A DNA stretch of 64,000 bases from Bacteroidales bacterium (GTDB taxonomy: Bacteria > Bacteroidota > Bacteroidia > Bacteroidales > GCA-2748055), in contig JARGFM010000014.1 of the NCBI GenBank assembly GCA_029210725.1, positions 42,519-106,518 of the forward strand, given 5' to 3'. Numbering within the stretch: the stretch's first letter is position 1; each line of letters opens with the position of its first letter. The position numbers and the translations under genes were made by a program. Below are positions 1 through 8,683 of this stretch, piece by piece. The notes under the pieces were generated by a model that was not told where the DNA came from, did not search any database, and saw nothing but the letters and a program-made list of their open reading frames with translations.

Positions 1-561
1 GATCCAGATAATATTGGGATGGTCCCTGTATCGTTCTCCCAGAAAGGCCCCGTACAGAAAAGCATTCTCCTGGTTAAAGATGACCGGACCCTGTCCCCAC
101 TGTTTGTCGACCTTATCTCCCCAGGTGGGAAGCAGGCCCATGTACAGACCTTTTGCTGCGGCCATTTCCACAATGGAATCCACAAAGCGGAAATAGTCCT
201 CATTGGGCCGGGACGGATCCATATCGAGCAAGGGGACCTCGCCGTTCACGGAGGGTGCTATCAGGCCGTTTTCTTCAGCCAGGATGACGGCCTGGATCAC
301 GGTAAAACCCTTCTCCCTGCGATTTTCCAGGAAGATTTCTGCCTCCTGACAGGAGAGCCGGTGAAACAGTTCCCAGGCAGTTTCCCCGAGGTAGAAGAAA
401 GCCTTGCCATTGGCATGCTCCAGAAAGCGCCCGTTTTTACTGACTTGTAGTCTGCCATTTTCCATCCTGGCAGCGGGTCCGTCATACACATTTTCCTGGG
501 CTATAAGTGTATTATCAACAATTATTAACAGAAGCAGGGTAATCCAGAGAGTTTTCATCAT
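1..561 (-). CDS. Glycoside hydrolase, DUF4038/GH140-like, N-terminal 187 codons (3' end lies outside the window)
   Basis: Absent from the ORF track because it runs off the window edge. The minus-strand frame is open from ATGATG at 561-556 down to base 1; I checked every in-frame triplet. It translates to [22 protein letters not shown] (signal peptide), then [41 protein letters not shown] and LLPTWGDKV. These match conserved N-terminal blocks of DUF4038/GH140 (BT1012-type) enzymes as I remember them. Confidence 0.6.
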   Translation of the reverse strand, partial: MMKTLWITLLLLIIVDNTLIAQENVYDGPAARMENGRLQVSKNGRFLEHANGKAFFYLGETAWELFHRLSCQEAEIFLENRREKGFTVIQAVILAEENGLIAPSVNGEVPLLDMDPSRPNEDYFRFVDSIVEMAAAKGLYMGLLPTWGDKVDKQWGQGPVIFNQENAFLYGAFLGERYRDHPNIIWI

Positions 562-575
562 CGTGTTGGAGTTTT

Positions 576-881
576 TTAATTATGAAGGATTTGATTGTTT
601 CTTGACAGAAAATTTGCCCACAGAATGCTGTTTTTCAGTACCAGGGCCAGGTTCAATGCCTCCATGGCTTTTTCGGAATCTCCGGACAGCCGGTGACCCA
701 GGGCGATGAGGCAGAACGCAGCCGCTTTCCGGGGAGTTTCAACTGTATCGGACAGTTCTGCCTCATAAGTGGGTATGGAAAGCATCTCTTCCCGGATTCT
801 AAGCTGTCCGGCCAATCCAAATGCGTTCATTAACAACAGGGTAAGAGCCCGGATTCGCAGGATGCTTCTCTCAGATTTCAT
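576..881 (-). CDS. Hypothetical small protein (101 aa)
   Basis: ORF lying directly upstream of the GH140-like gene on the same strand, with its stop 15 nt before that gene's ATG. The N-terminus is hydrophobic. I recognise no motif, so it may not be coding. Confidence 0.3.
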   Translation of the reverse strand: MKSERSILRIRALTLLLMNAFGLAGQLRIREEMLSIPTYEAELSDTVETPRKAAAFCLIALGHRLSGDSEKAMEALNLALVLKNSILWANFLSRNNQILHN

Positions 882-1132
882 GTATGAAACTCTTTTCTTG
901 TTTGAAAACGGATATCACATCCTATAAACTTACATAAAATCCTTTATTCAGAAGCAGCACAGAAAGACTGTTTTTTGCTTATCAACCTTAAGTTATTTCA
1001 TCTTCAGATAAGATCATTTGAGGAATATTATCTATCTTGTTAAGGGCTTTAGGTGCCCGAATGATGAGCTCCGGTGAAGGAGTGACTGCAGCCCTGTATC
1101 AGATGTATCATTTACTATAAAACCATATCAGC

Positions 1133-2470
1133 ATGCAATATTTATCAACCCGACTGTTTTTACTGACTCTGATTTCAGGTGTTCTTAGCTGCTCCGTGTG
1201 GGCCCAGGAGGGCTATGTGCCCAGCCAGGAGAATCTGGATAACCGGGAGTGGTTTCAGGATGCCAAATACGGCCTCTTTGTGCATTGGGGGGTTTACTCC
1301 ATAATGGGTGGCGGTGGCGACCCGGGTATCGCGGAATGGATCATGGAACGAAAGAATATTCCCATTGTGCAATATGAAAAACTGCCCGGTTTTTTTAATC
1401 CCACTCAGTTTGATCCGGCCCAGTGGGTTTCCATGGTCAAAAAAGCCGGCATGAAGTACATTACCATTACCAGCAAGCACCATGACGGCTTTGCCATGTA
1501 CGATTCCAGGGTGAGCGATTATAATATCGTGGATGCCACCCCCTATGGCAGGGATGTGATCGGGATGCTGAAGGAAGAGTGTGATAAGCAGGGAATCAAA
1601 CTCTTTTTCTACCACTCGCAGCTGGACTGGCACCATCCGGATTACTTTCCGCACGGGCGGACAGGCACGGGGATCGCAGACCGGTCCCAATCGGGCGATT
1701 TTAATGCCTACATCAATTACATGAATACCCAGCTTACTGAGTTGCTGACCCAGTACGGGGAGATCGGCGGGATCTGGTTCGATGGTATGTGGGACAAGCC
1801 TGAAGCCGACTGGCGACTGGTTGAAACTTATGCACTTATACATAAGCTTCAGCCCGGGGCACTGATTGGCAGCAACCACCATAAGATGCCCTTCCCGGGT
1901 GAGGATTTCATGATGTTTGAGCGTGACCTGCCGGGGGAGAACTCCATGGGATTCAACAATACAGGGATCTCTGAGGAGGTGCCCCTGGAGATGTGCGAGA
2001 CCATGAATGGCTCCTGGGGATTCAATATCATCGATCAGAACTATAAATCGGTCGAAGAGCTGATCCATACCATGGTTCGTGCCGCCGGATACGGGGCCAA
2101 TTTCCTGCTGAATACGGGACCCATGCCCAATGGAAAGATCCAGCCCGAAAACGTGGATACCCTGATGGCTGTCGGGAAATGGCTGGAGAGCTATGGCGAA
2201 ACCATATACGGGACCAGGAAAGGCCCGGTGAAGCCTCAGGAGTGGGGCGCCATCACTACAAAGGACAATGTACTCTACCTCCATATTCTGGATTACAGAG
2301 GGCGGGCCATTGAGCTAAGTGGGATTGACCCAGGTCGTATCAGGTCTGCCGTATACTTCGACGATGGTTCCAGAGCTGATGTAAAGAGAACCGAAGACGG
2401 AATCACTCTTACTCTTCCCAAAGGGAGGGTAAAACCTGTAGATACAATTATAGTACTGACCCTGAGGTAA
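1133..2470 (+). CDS. Alpha-L-fucosidase, GH29 family, secreted
   Basis: 445-aa ORF with signal peptide MQYLSTRLFLLTLISGVLSCSVWAQ. GH29 blocks are present: YGLFVHWGVYS, TSKHHDGFAMYDS, WFDGMWD. Confidence 0.9.
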   Translation: MQYLSTRLFLLTLISGVLSCSVWAQEGYVPSQENLDNREWFQDAKYGLFVHWGVYSIMGGGGDPGIAEWIMERKNIPIVQYEKLPGFFNPTQFDPAQWVSMVKKAGMKYITITSKHHDGFAMYDSRVSDYNIVDATPYGRDVIGMLKEECDKQGIKLFFYHSQLDWHHPDYFPHGRTGTGIADRSQSGDFNAYINYMNTQLTELLTQYGEIGGIWFDGMWDKPEADWRLVETYALIHKLQPGALIGSNHHKMPFPGEDFMMFERDLPGENSMGFNNTGISEEVPLEMCETMNGSWGFNIIDQNYKSVEELIHTMVRAAGYGANFLLNTGPMPNGKIQPENVDTLMAVGKWLESYGETIYGTRKGPVKPQEWGAITTKDNVLYLHILDYRGRAIELSGIDPGRIRSAVYFDDGSRADVKRTEDGITLTLPKGRVKPVDTIIVLTLR

Positions 2471-2480
2471 GCGTCAACAA

Positions 2481-5400
2481 CTAAAGCTCCTTAATCCGGA
2501 TGTTCCGGAACCAGAGCTGGGAGCCATGTCCCAGGAAACCGATATGGCCGCTGCTTCGCTTGAGCCCCGGATGTTCCTTACGATCTGGCGTTCCGTTTTT
2601 ACTGGCCTCTTTCAGGTCTCCCTCCAGGATCAATGTTCCATTGAGGGTAATCCTGATCTGATCTCCTTTGAGGTAGACTTCCTGGCTGTTCCATTCGCCG
2701 ACAGGTTTCAGATAGCCCCTTTTGGCCGGGATGATCCCGTAGACCGAACCATGGTACTGGTAGGGCTGCAGCCGGGAATATACTTCGGCAGTGTTATCCA
2801 GAATTTGCAGCTCATATCCCACATAGGCGGCATCGCCCTCCATGGGGGTCCGGATTCCCAGTCCGTTATTAGCGCCAGGAGTCAATTTAAACTCGAAACG
2901 GAATATAAAGTCCGAATATTCCTTTTCCGTATAGAGGTTTCCTCCGCTTTGAGCCGGACGGATCACGATGGTTCCATCCTCCACCGAGTAAGAGTGCTTA
3001 TTGCCGGCCCAGTTGGAAAGATCCCTGCCGTTAAACAGGCTCACGAATCCATCTGCCTTTTCTTCTTCAGTCAGGCTGTTCTGGTTTTTCCCCAGTTCTC
3101 TGATATAGAGGTCCCTGAAGGCCAGGTCGGTGCCATGGGCCTGCAGCTCGATGGGCCCGGTGGGATAGATGGGGATGCTTCTGTCCCAGTAGTTCTCCAT
3201 GACCACATGATCCACTACCAGCTGTCCGTTCAGGTAAACCGTCACACGCTCATCGATCATAATGATCCGGAAGGTATTCCAGTCGCCGATGGGATTATCC
3301 GCCACCAGAAGTGGTTTGCTTTCATGTTCCTGGTTGTTGTAGAGGCCTCCCGATCCCACCTGGGCACCTGCCTCCACCCTGGAGGTATCCCAGATCTGCA
3401 CCTGGGGGCTGCCGCGCAGGTAGATCCCTGAATCCCCTTTCCTGGTGATTCTCCAGTCCACGATCATTTCGAAGGATTCATAGTCCTTTATACTGCACAA
3501 ATTCGATCCCTCGCCGTTAAAGACAATACAATGGTCTTTGACGCTCCAATTCTTCTTCAGGTTCTCATTGGCCTCTTCCTGGAGTTTCTTAAGCTCCTCT
3601 GCGGAGAGTCCGGCCTTTTTAAGCGGATCGGCAGCCAGTCCCTGCCAGCCGGAAAGATCGGTCCCGTTAAATAAGGAGACAAAGCCTGTTTCGTCCGGCA
3701 TCTTATCCAGGTAGTTCTGAATGTCGATCTTCAGGTATTCGCTGTCAGGGCCGGAAATTATATCCCTGGCAAGCAGAAGTTTCTCCCGGACAATCTTCCC
3801 TGTAAGTTCCTTGTCCAGTCCGTTGCCCGGCAGCACCACATTTACCAGGGCATTGGCGGCCTGACTCTTCAGTGAATCCTGTTCCAGGTAGCCGCTGAGG
3901 GTCACAAAACTCAGAAAGGTCTTTACTCCGCCCAGGGCCCTGATCAACAGGCCGTGTTCGGCAGGACTGCCTGCAAGGGCCTGGATCTTTCTCAGCAGGA
4001 GCAGTTTCTGGTCATCGGGAAGAGTAGACCCAGATACAATCCTCACATAACTTTTAAAGGCCGCTTCCTTCTCCTGAGTATCGGTGGAGCTGGAACAAAT
4101 CTCGAACAGGGGAGTGGCGGCATAGATATCGTTGGACCGGATCAGGCCTGAGAAGGCCCTCTTTCTGGTCTCTTCCTTATTGCTGCCATAGGATTCGTAT
4201 ACCGCATCCAGAGCCTCCCTGCCGCCAATTGTTGCCAGCACTCCGATATATTTCTCCATGGAATAGGTCCTGGCTGCATGCAATAAGAGTGCCTGGGTGG
4301 TCACCTCTTTATGGTTGCCCCTGTTGATGGCAGCTACTAGAGCAGTCTCCACGGCTGCAATTTCATCCTTATCTTCCAGCTGGTCGAATAATTTTATTAA
4401 ATCGCCCAGGTCTCCCTGGTCAGCGACCAAATGGAGATTCTCCAGGGAGGCAGACCTGATTGCTTCCGCCTGGGAGATCTGGCTGTACAGCAGGTCGAAG
4501 GAGCCGGGATCGCCCCTGGCAGCAATTAACTCTATGAATAATACCTTTGTCTCTTCAGGAGCACCGTCCAGCTGCTTGCTCAGCAGGGGGAGCTGACTCA
4601 TATTCAGAGTCTGCAGCAGGGCCTCTTTGACCGTTTTGCTATCCGGATCTCCAGGGTGTGAAAGTGCGTAGGCTATGAGTTCGGGGACGGCTTTGTCTTT
4701 TTTGATCAGGGCCAGCGATTTTGCCGCCTGCTGACGGATTGCCGGATCCGGATCGTCCAGGTATCCTGAAACCAGATCTGCGGTTTCAGGACTCTGAAGC
4801 ATTCCGAAGAGGCTGAGGATCTCCGCTTTCACCTCCATGTTTCCGGTGCTGCTCAGGGCAGCTTCCCAGGGGCCGACCGGTGTGTGATTGGCTGTTGCAT
4901 AACGGATGGCGCTCATCCGGTAGGATTTGTTCTTCACTTTCATGGCATCCACCAGCAGGGCGACATTTTTTTCTATGGCTCCGGTTCCGGCTGCTGCAAT
5001 CAGGGCGGCGCTTTTAAAATGGATCTGCTCCGGAGTTGTACATTTTTTTATGACGGTTTTGCAGATTTTCAGGCTTAGTCCCTGCCTGTTTTGCTCTGAC
5101 AGGGTCCGGGCAAATGCGATCAGGCTGCCGGTGGCATTCGTGGGTTCCGGCAGATATCCCGCCTTTTTGGCGGCATCGCTTAAGAGATCATAGGAATCAG
5201 GATTTCCCAGTTCGGCCAGGCAGGCCAGTACACTTCGCTGAAGCTCCGGAGAGTTTGAACCTGCCAGCGGGGCAACCGCACTGGCATGTCTGCTGTCCCC
5301 GGTGTTTTTAAGGGCGTTTACCAGGGCTATCTGTGTCCGGCCCCCGCTTTGGTCCAGCCGGGCTGCGAACAGGTCTGCAGCTGCCTCCGGATGGATATCC

Positions 5401-5894
5401 CGTATGGCCCTGATCACTGGATCCTGAAGCTTTGGATCAGTCAGATAGCTGGCCAGATGGGTCAGGGAAGCTTCGCTTCCGGAATAGTTGAGTTGTCTGA
5501 TAAAAAAGCTTTTTACCAGGGGATCCTCCCTTTTCTCTATTTGCTCCAGGATCAAGGCCTCCCACCGTTCCCGGTCTTTTTCAATCCCGGTCTGACTGAG
5601 ATAGCGGGAGAGGCTTTCAATGGCCACCCGCGCCCTGGTGTCGTCACCCGATCCCGGGGGAATGACCAGGTCCAGAATCATCTGCAGGGCTGCTTCCTCC
5701 AGGCTGAGCATGGATTGCATCTGATCGTTGAGCTTCTGCTGATCGTTGGCAGGCACCTGTGCCAGCAGGTCGGCCACCTGGGTATCCAGGGTGCGCCTGT
5801 CCTGTGCCATAAGTGGATTGGAAACCAGCAGCAGGGCCAAAAGTGCAGGGAGAAAAAATCTTATATCTTTCATATTTGATATCTTAAAAGTCAT
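2481..5894 (-). CDS. Secreted HEAT-repeat protein with two C-terminal DUF1080 (3-keto-disaccharide hydrolase-like) domains
   Basis: 1137-aa ORF. The signal peptide is ...MKDIRFFLPALLALLLVSNPLMAQ, so an alternative ATG at 5873 is possible. About 700 aa of HEAT-like helical repeats follow (e.g. DDPDPAIRQQAAKSLA). Two DUF1080 signatures come next: GFVSLFNGTDLSGWQG...LAFRDLYIREL and GFVSLFNGRDLSNWAG...LWFRNIRIKEL. Confidence 0.8.
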   Translation of the reverse strand: MTFKISNMKDIRFFLPALLALLLVSNPLMAQDRRTLDTQVADLLAQVPANDQQKLNDQMQSMLSLEEAALQMILDLVIPPGSGDDTRARVAIESLSRYLSQTGIEKDRERWEALILEQIEKREDPLVKSFFIRQLNYSGSEASLTHLASYLTDPKLQDPVIRAIRDIHPEAAADLFAARLDQSGGRTQIALVNALKNTGDSRHASAVAPLAGSNSPELQRSVLACLAELGNPDSYDLLSDAAKKAGYLPEPTNATGSLIAFARTLSEQNRQGLSLKICKTVIKKCTTPEQIHFKSAALIAAAGTGAIEKNVALLVDAMKVKNKSYRMSAIRYATANHTPVGPWEAALSSTGNMEVKAEILSLFGMLQSPETADLVSGYLDDPDPAIRQQAAKSLALIKKDKAVPELIAYALSHPGDPDSKTVKEALLQTLNMSQLPLLSKQLDGAPEETKVLFIELIAARGDPGSFDLLYSQISQAEAIRSASLENLHLVADQGDLGDLIKLFDQLEDKDEIAAVETALVAAINRGNHKEVTTQALLLHAARTYSMEKYIGVLATIGGREALDAVYESYGSNKEETRKRAFSGLIRSNDIYAATPLFEICSSSTDTQEKEAAFKSYVRIVSGSTLPDDQKLLLLRKIQALAGSPAEHGLLIRALGGVKTFLSFVTLSGYLEQDSLKSQAANALVNVVLPGNGLDKELTGKIVREKLLLARDIISGPDSEYLKIDIQNYLDKMPDETGFVSLFNGTDLSGWQGLAADPLKKAGLSAEELKKLQEEANENLKKNWSVKDHCIVFNGEGSNLCSIKDYESFEMIVDWRITRKGDSGIYLRGSPQVQIWDTSRVEAGAQVGSGGLYNNQEHESKPLLVADNPIGDWNTFRIIMIDERVTVYLNGQLVVDHVVMENYWDRSIPIYPTGPIELQAHGTDLAFRDLYIRELGKNQNSLTEEEKADGFVSLFNGRDLSNWAGNKHSYSVEDGTIVIRPAQSGGNLYTEKEYSDFIFRFEFKLTPGANNGLGIRTPMEGDAAYVGYELQILDNTAEVYSRLQPYQYHGSVYGIIPAKRGYLKPVGEWNSQEVYLKGDQIRITLNGTLILEGDLKEASKNGTPDRKEHPGLKRSSGHIGFLGHGSQLWFRNIRIKEL

Positions 5895-5903
5895 AGCTGT
5901 TTC

Positions 5904-7157
5904 TTAAATATTCCAGGGGGAACGCATTTCGGGATAGATCAGGCGGTTGGCTCCTTCATCATTTATAAACTCCTGTTTCACAGGATCGAAGTGGAGGGTG
6001 CGTCCAAGGCGGAGCGCTGCCACTCCCATGTTGACCATGGTACAGGAGCGGTGACCGTTCATTTCGTTAAGCGCAAATTTCTGACGGGTCCGGACCGATT
6101 CATGGAAGGAGGTAATCTGAGGTTCCGGATCGGGCAGGGTGGCTGCAAGCTGCTGGATATTTGGAATGGTAGAACGGAAACCGCGGTATATCTTCCCATT
6201 GGGACCCTCTATATAGGCCGCATCCTTGTCCCTGTTCTCCCCGTCCAGGATGATCTGGCAGCCATCTTCATAGGTATAGGTGATCCTGCGCCAGGAACCC
6301 ACCGCATCGTTGTGCTGCTGCGGAGCATCCACTTCCACTTTGATGGGGCTGGTATGGTCCTTGTTGAGCATATACTGAACCGGATCAAGGTAGTGCTGAC
6401 CCATATCTCCCAGTCCGCCTCCGTCATAATCCCAGAATCCTCGGAACTTGGAGTGCACCCTCAGGGGGTTGTAGGGTTTAACGGGGGCAGGCCCCAGCCA
6501 CATATTGTAATCCAGGTGTCCGGGCACCGGCATGGGACTTAGGTTCTTGTCGCCGCTCCAGTAAAATTTCCAGTCGTAGCCTGTGATCCCGGAGACCGTT
6601 ACCTTCAGGGGCCAACCCAGAATACCGCTATCTACAATCTTCTTCAATGGTTTCACCGTGGTTCCCAGTCCATAGAAACCGCCTCTGAACCGGAACCAGG
6701 TGTTCAACCTGAACATGCGGCCATTGTTCTGCACCGCCTCAATCACTCGTTTCCCTTCCCCGATTGTTCTGGTCATTGGCTTTTCACACCAGATATCTTT
6801 TCCTGCTTCTGCAGCCATCACCGACATGGTTCCGTGCCAGTGTGGAGGGGTGGCAATGTGTACGATATCGATGTCTTTCTGAAGCAGGAGCTCACGGAAA
6901 TCAGAATAGCTTTTTACCCCGGAGCCGGCCCTTTGACTGGCGCGCTCCAGGTGCAGCCGGTCGACATCACAAATGGCAACCAGGCGTCCTTCGCGTGTAA
7001 AATGGTGATTGTAACCAATTCCACCTACACCCACAATAGCTTTGGTTAGCTGGTCGCTGGGGGCCGTGTAGCCGGGTCCCCCGAGAACATGTCTGGGAAC
7101 AACGGTAATCGCTGCTGTTCCCAGCACGCTCTTTCGGATAAAATCTCGTCTTTCCAT
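5904..7157 (-). CDS. Gfo/Idh/MocA family oxidoreductase with twin-arginine (TAT) signal
   Basis: 417-aa ORF. The N-terminus MERRDFIRKSVLGTAAITVVP carries an RRxFI TAT motif. It is followed by a GVGGIG Rossmann start and an EKPM-type block (WCEKPMTRT) typical of the family. Confidence 0.85.
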   Translation of the reverse strand: MERRDFIRKSVLGTAAITVVPRHVLGGPGYTAPSDQLTKAIVGVGGIGYNHHFTREGRLVAICDVDRLHLERASQRAGSGVKSYSDFRELLLQKDIDIVHIATPPHWHGTMSVMAAEAGKDIWCEKPMTRTIGEGKRVIEAVQNNGRMFRLNTWFRFRGGFYGLGTTVKPLKKIVDSGILGWPLKVTVSGITGYDWKFYWSGDKNLSPMPVPGHLDYNMWLGPAPVKPYNPLRVHSKFRGFWDYDGGGLGDMGQHYLDPVQYMLNKDHTSPIKVEVDAPQQHNDAVGSWRRITYTYEDGCQIILDGENRDKDAAYIEGPNGKIYRGFRSTIPNIQQLAATLPDPEPQITSFHESVRTRQKFALNEMNGHRSCTMVNMGVAALRLGRTLHFDPVKQEFINDEGANRLIYPEMRSPWNI

Positions 7158-7301
7158 GATTTGAGTTTGGCAAGTAATAAATATGAATTCAAATGTATGA
7201 ATTCGCCTCCGCTAGCCCAAACAGAAAGAAGGTTTAGTATTTTTCAGGATAATCGCTAAATTGTCTTGTGGTTTTCGGATCTTTCAAAATATTTCTTATA
7301 C

Positions 7302-8555
7302 ATGACAAATTCACGAGCAAAGCTGCAAAAAACGCTGAATCATCAGGAGCCCGGAGGTTTGGTGGTTGATTTCGGGGCCAGCCCGGTTACCGGAATCCAT
7401 GTTCGCCTGGTGGAGCAGCTCAGGGAGCATTTCGGCCTGGGAAAGGGACCTGTAAAGGTTATCGAGCCTTTTCAGATGCTGGGTGCAGTGGAAGACGATT
7501 TGCAGGAGGCCATGGGAGTGGATGTAATTGGTGTTTCACCCCCTTCGGATATGTTTGGAAATGCCCTGACCGATTGGAAAGAGTACCTAACGCCCTGGGG
7601 TCAGGTGGTACTGGTGCCTGGTTCTTTTACCGTTTCAGTGGATCATAAGGGAGATACCCTGCTATATCCACAGGGGGATAAAACGGTAGCTCCCAGTGCC
7701 AAGATGCCCTGGGCAGCCTATTTCTTTGATGCAGTCAACCGTCAGGAACCACTGGAAGAAAGCAAACTGGATCCGGAGGACAATGTCGAGGAGTTTGCTC
7801 TGATGGGTGCATCCGATCTGGACTACTGGAGACGAATGATTCCGGAGGCGGCCCAAAAAGGTAAAGGCCTGCTGGCCAATTTCGGGGGTACGGGAATCGG
7901 CGACATTGCTTTGGTTCCCGGGCTGAACCTGAAGGCTCCCAAAGGGATCCGGGATGTGGCCGACTGGTACATGTCGACCCTGATGCGGCCCGAATACCTT
8001 CATTATGTATTTGAGAAACAAACTGATATTGCCCTGAAAAACCTGGCCATGCTTAAAGATCTGGCAGGCGATCAGGTGGATGTGGCCTATATCTGCGGGA
8101 CCGATTTCGGCACCCAGGACTCCTCCTTCTGTTCCGTCGAAACCTATGAGGAGCTTTACGCTCCTTACTACAGAAAGATGAATGACTGGATCCATAAAAA
8201 TACCCCCTGGAAAACCTTTAAGCATAGTTGCGGGGCTGTGGAACCTTTTATGGAGAGTTTTATTGCATCAGGCTTTGATATTATCAACCCGGTACAGATC
8301 AATGCGGCCGGAATGGATCCGGCATTGCTGAAGGAGAAGTATGGAGACCGGCTGGTATTCTGGGGAGGCGGCGTGGATACCCAGAAAGTCCTTCCCTTCG
8401 GAACTCCGGATGAAGTAAAGGCTCATGTACACAGGCAGTGTGAAATCCTGGCTCCCGGCGGCGGTTTTGTTTTTAATACGGTGCACAACATGCAGGCCAA
8501 TGTTCCCTTACAAAATGTGGTGGCCATGTTAGAGGCTGTCAGGCAGTTCGCCTGA
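7302..8555 (+). CDS. Uroporphyrinogen decarboxylase (URO-D) family protein of unknown specificity
   Basis: The track ORF begins at TTG 7266; ATG 7302 (MTNSRAKLQ...) is the more plausible start. The length (about 417 aa) and the C-terminal block GGGFVFNTVHNMQANVP resemble URO-D/MtaA-like TIM-barrel proteins. Confidence 0.7.
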   Translation: MTNSRAKLQKTLNHQEPGGLVVDFGASPVTGIHVRLVEQLREHFGLGKGPVKVIEPFQMLGAVEDDLQEAMGVDVIGVSPPSDMFGNALTDWKEYLTPWGQVVLVPGSFTVSVDHKGDTLLYPQGDKTVAPSAKMPWAAYFFDAVNRQEPLEESKLDPEDNVEEFALMGASDLDYWRRMIPEAAQKGKGLLANFGGTGIGDIALVPGLNLKAPKGIRDVADWYMSTLMRPEYLHYVFEKQTDIALKNLAMLKDLAGDQVDVAYICGTDFGTQDSSFCSVETYEELYAPYYRKMNDWIHKNTPWKTFKHSCGAVEPFMESFIASGFDIINPVQINAAGMDPALLKEKYGDRLVFWGGGVDTQKVLPFGTPDEVKAHVHRQCEILAPGGGFVFNTVHNMQANVPLQNVVAMLEAVRQFA

Positions 8556-8609
8556 GCAGCCGCTACTTCGAATTAACATTATTTAGAACAGTTTTATCTT
8601 TTTTTTAGG

Positions 8610-8617
8610 TACCTTTG
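8610..8617 (+). promoter_or_regulatory. Candidate Bacteroidota -7 promoter box (TACCTTTG) for ppdK
   Basis: Exact match to the TAnnTTTG consensus, 66 nt upstream of the ppdK ATG in an AT-rich intergenic region. No clear -33 TTTG was seen. Confidence 0.3.
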
Positions 8618-8683
8618 TGTCTTTGAAAATTAAAGATATTTCATATAAATAGCTCATTATTAATAACTAAAAGAAAATTTCCA

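Noticed and set aside
1175-2284. 369-aa ORF antisense to the GH29 fucosidase gene
   Set aside because: It lies entirely within and opposite to a gene with clear family motifs. Its translation is low-complexity (Pro/Gly/His-rich) with no recognisable motif. This is a typical shadow ORF.
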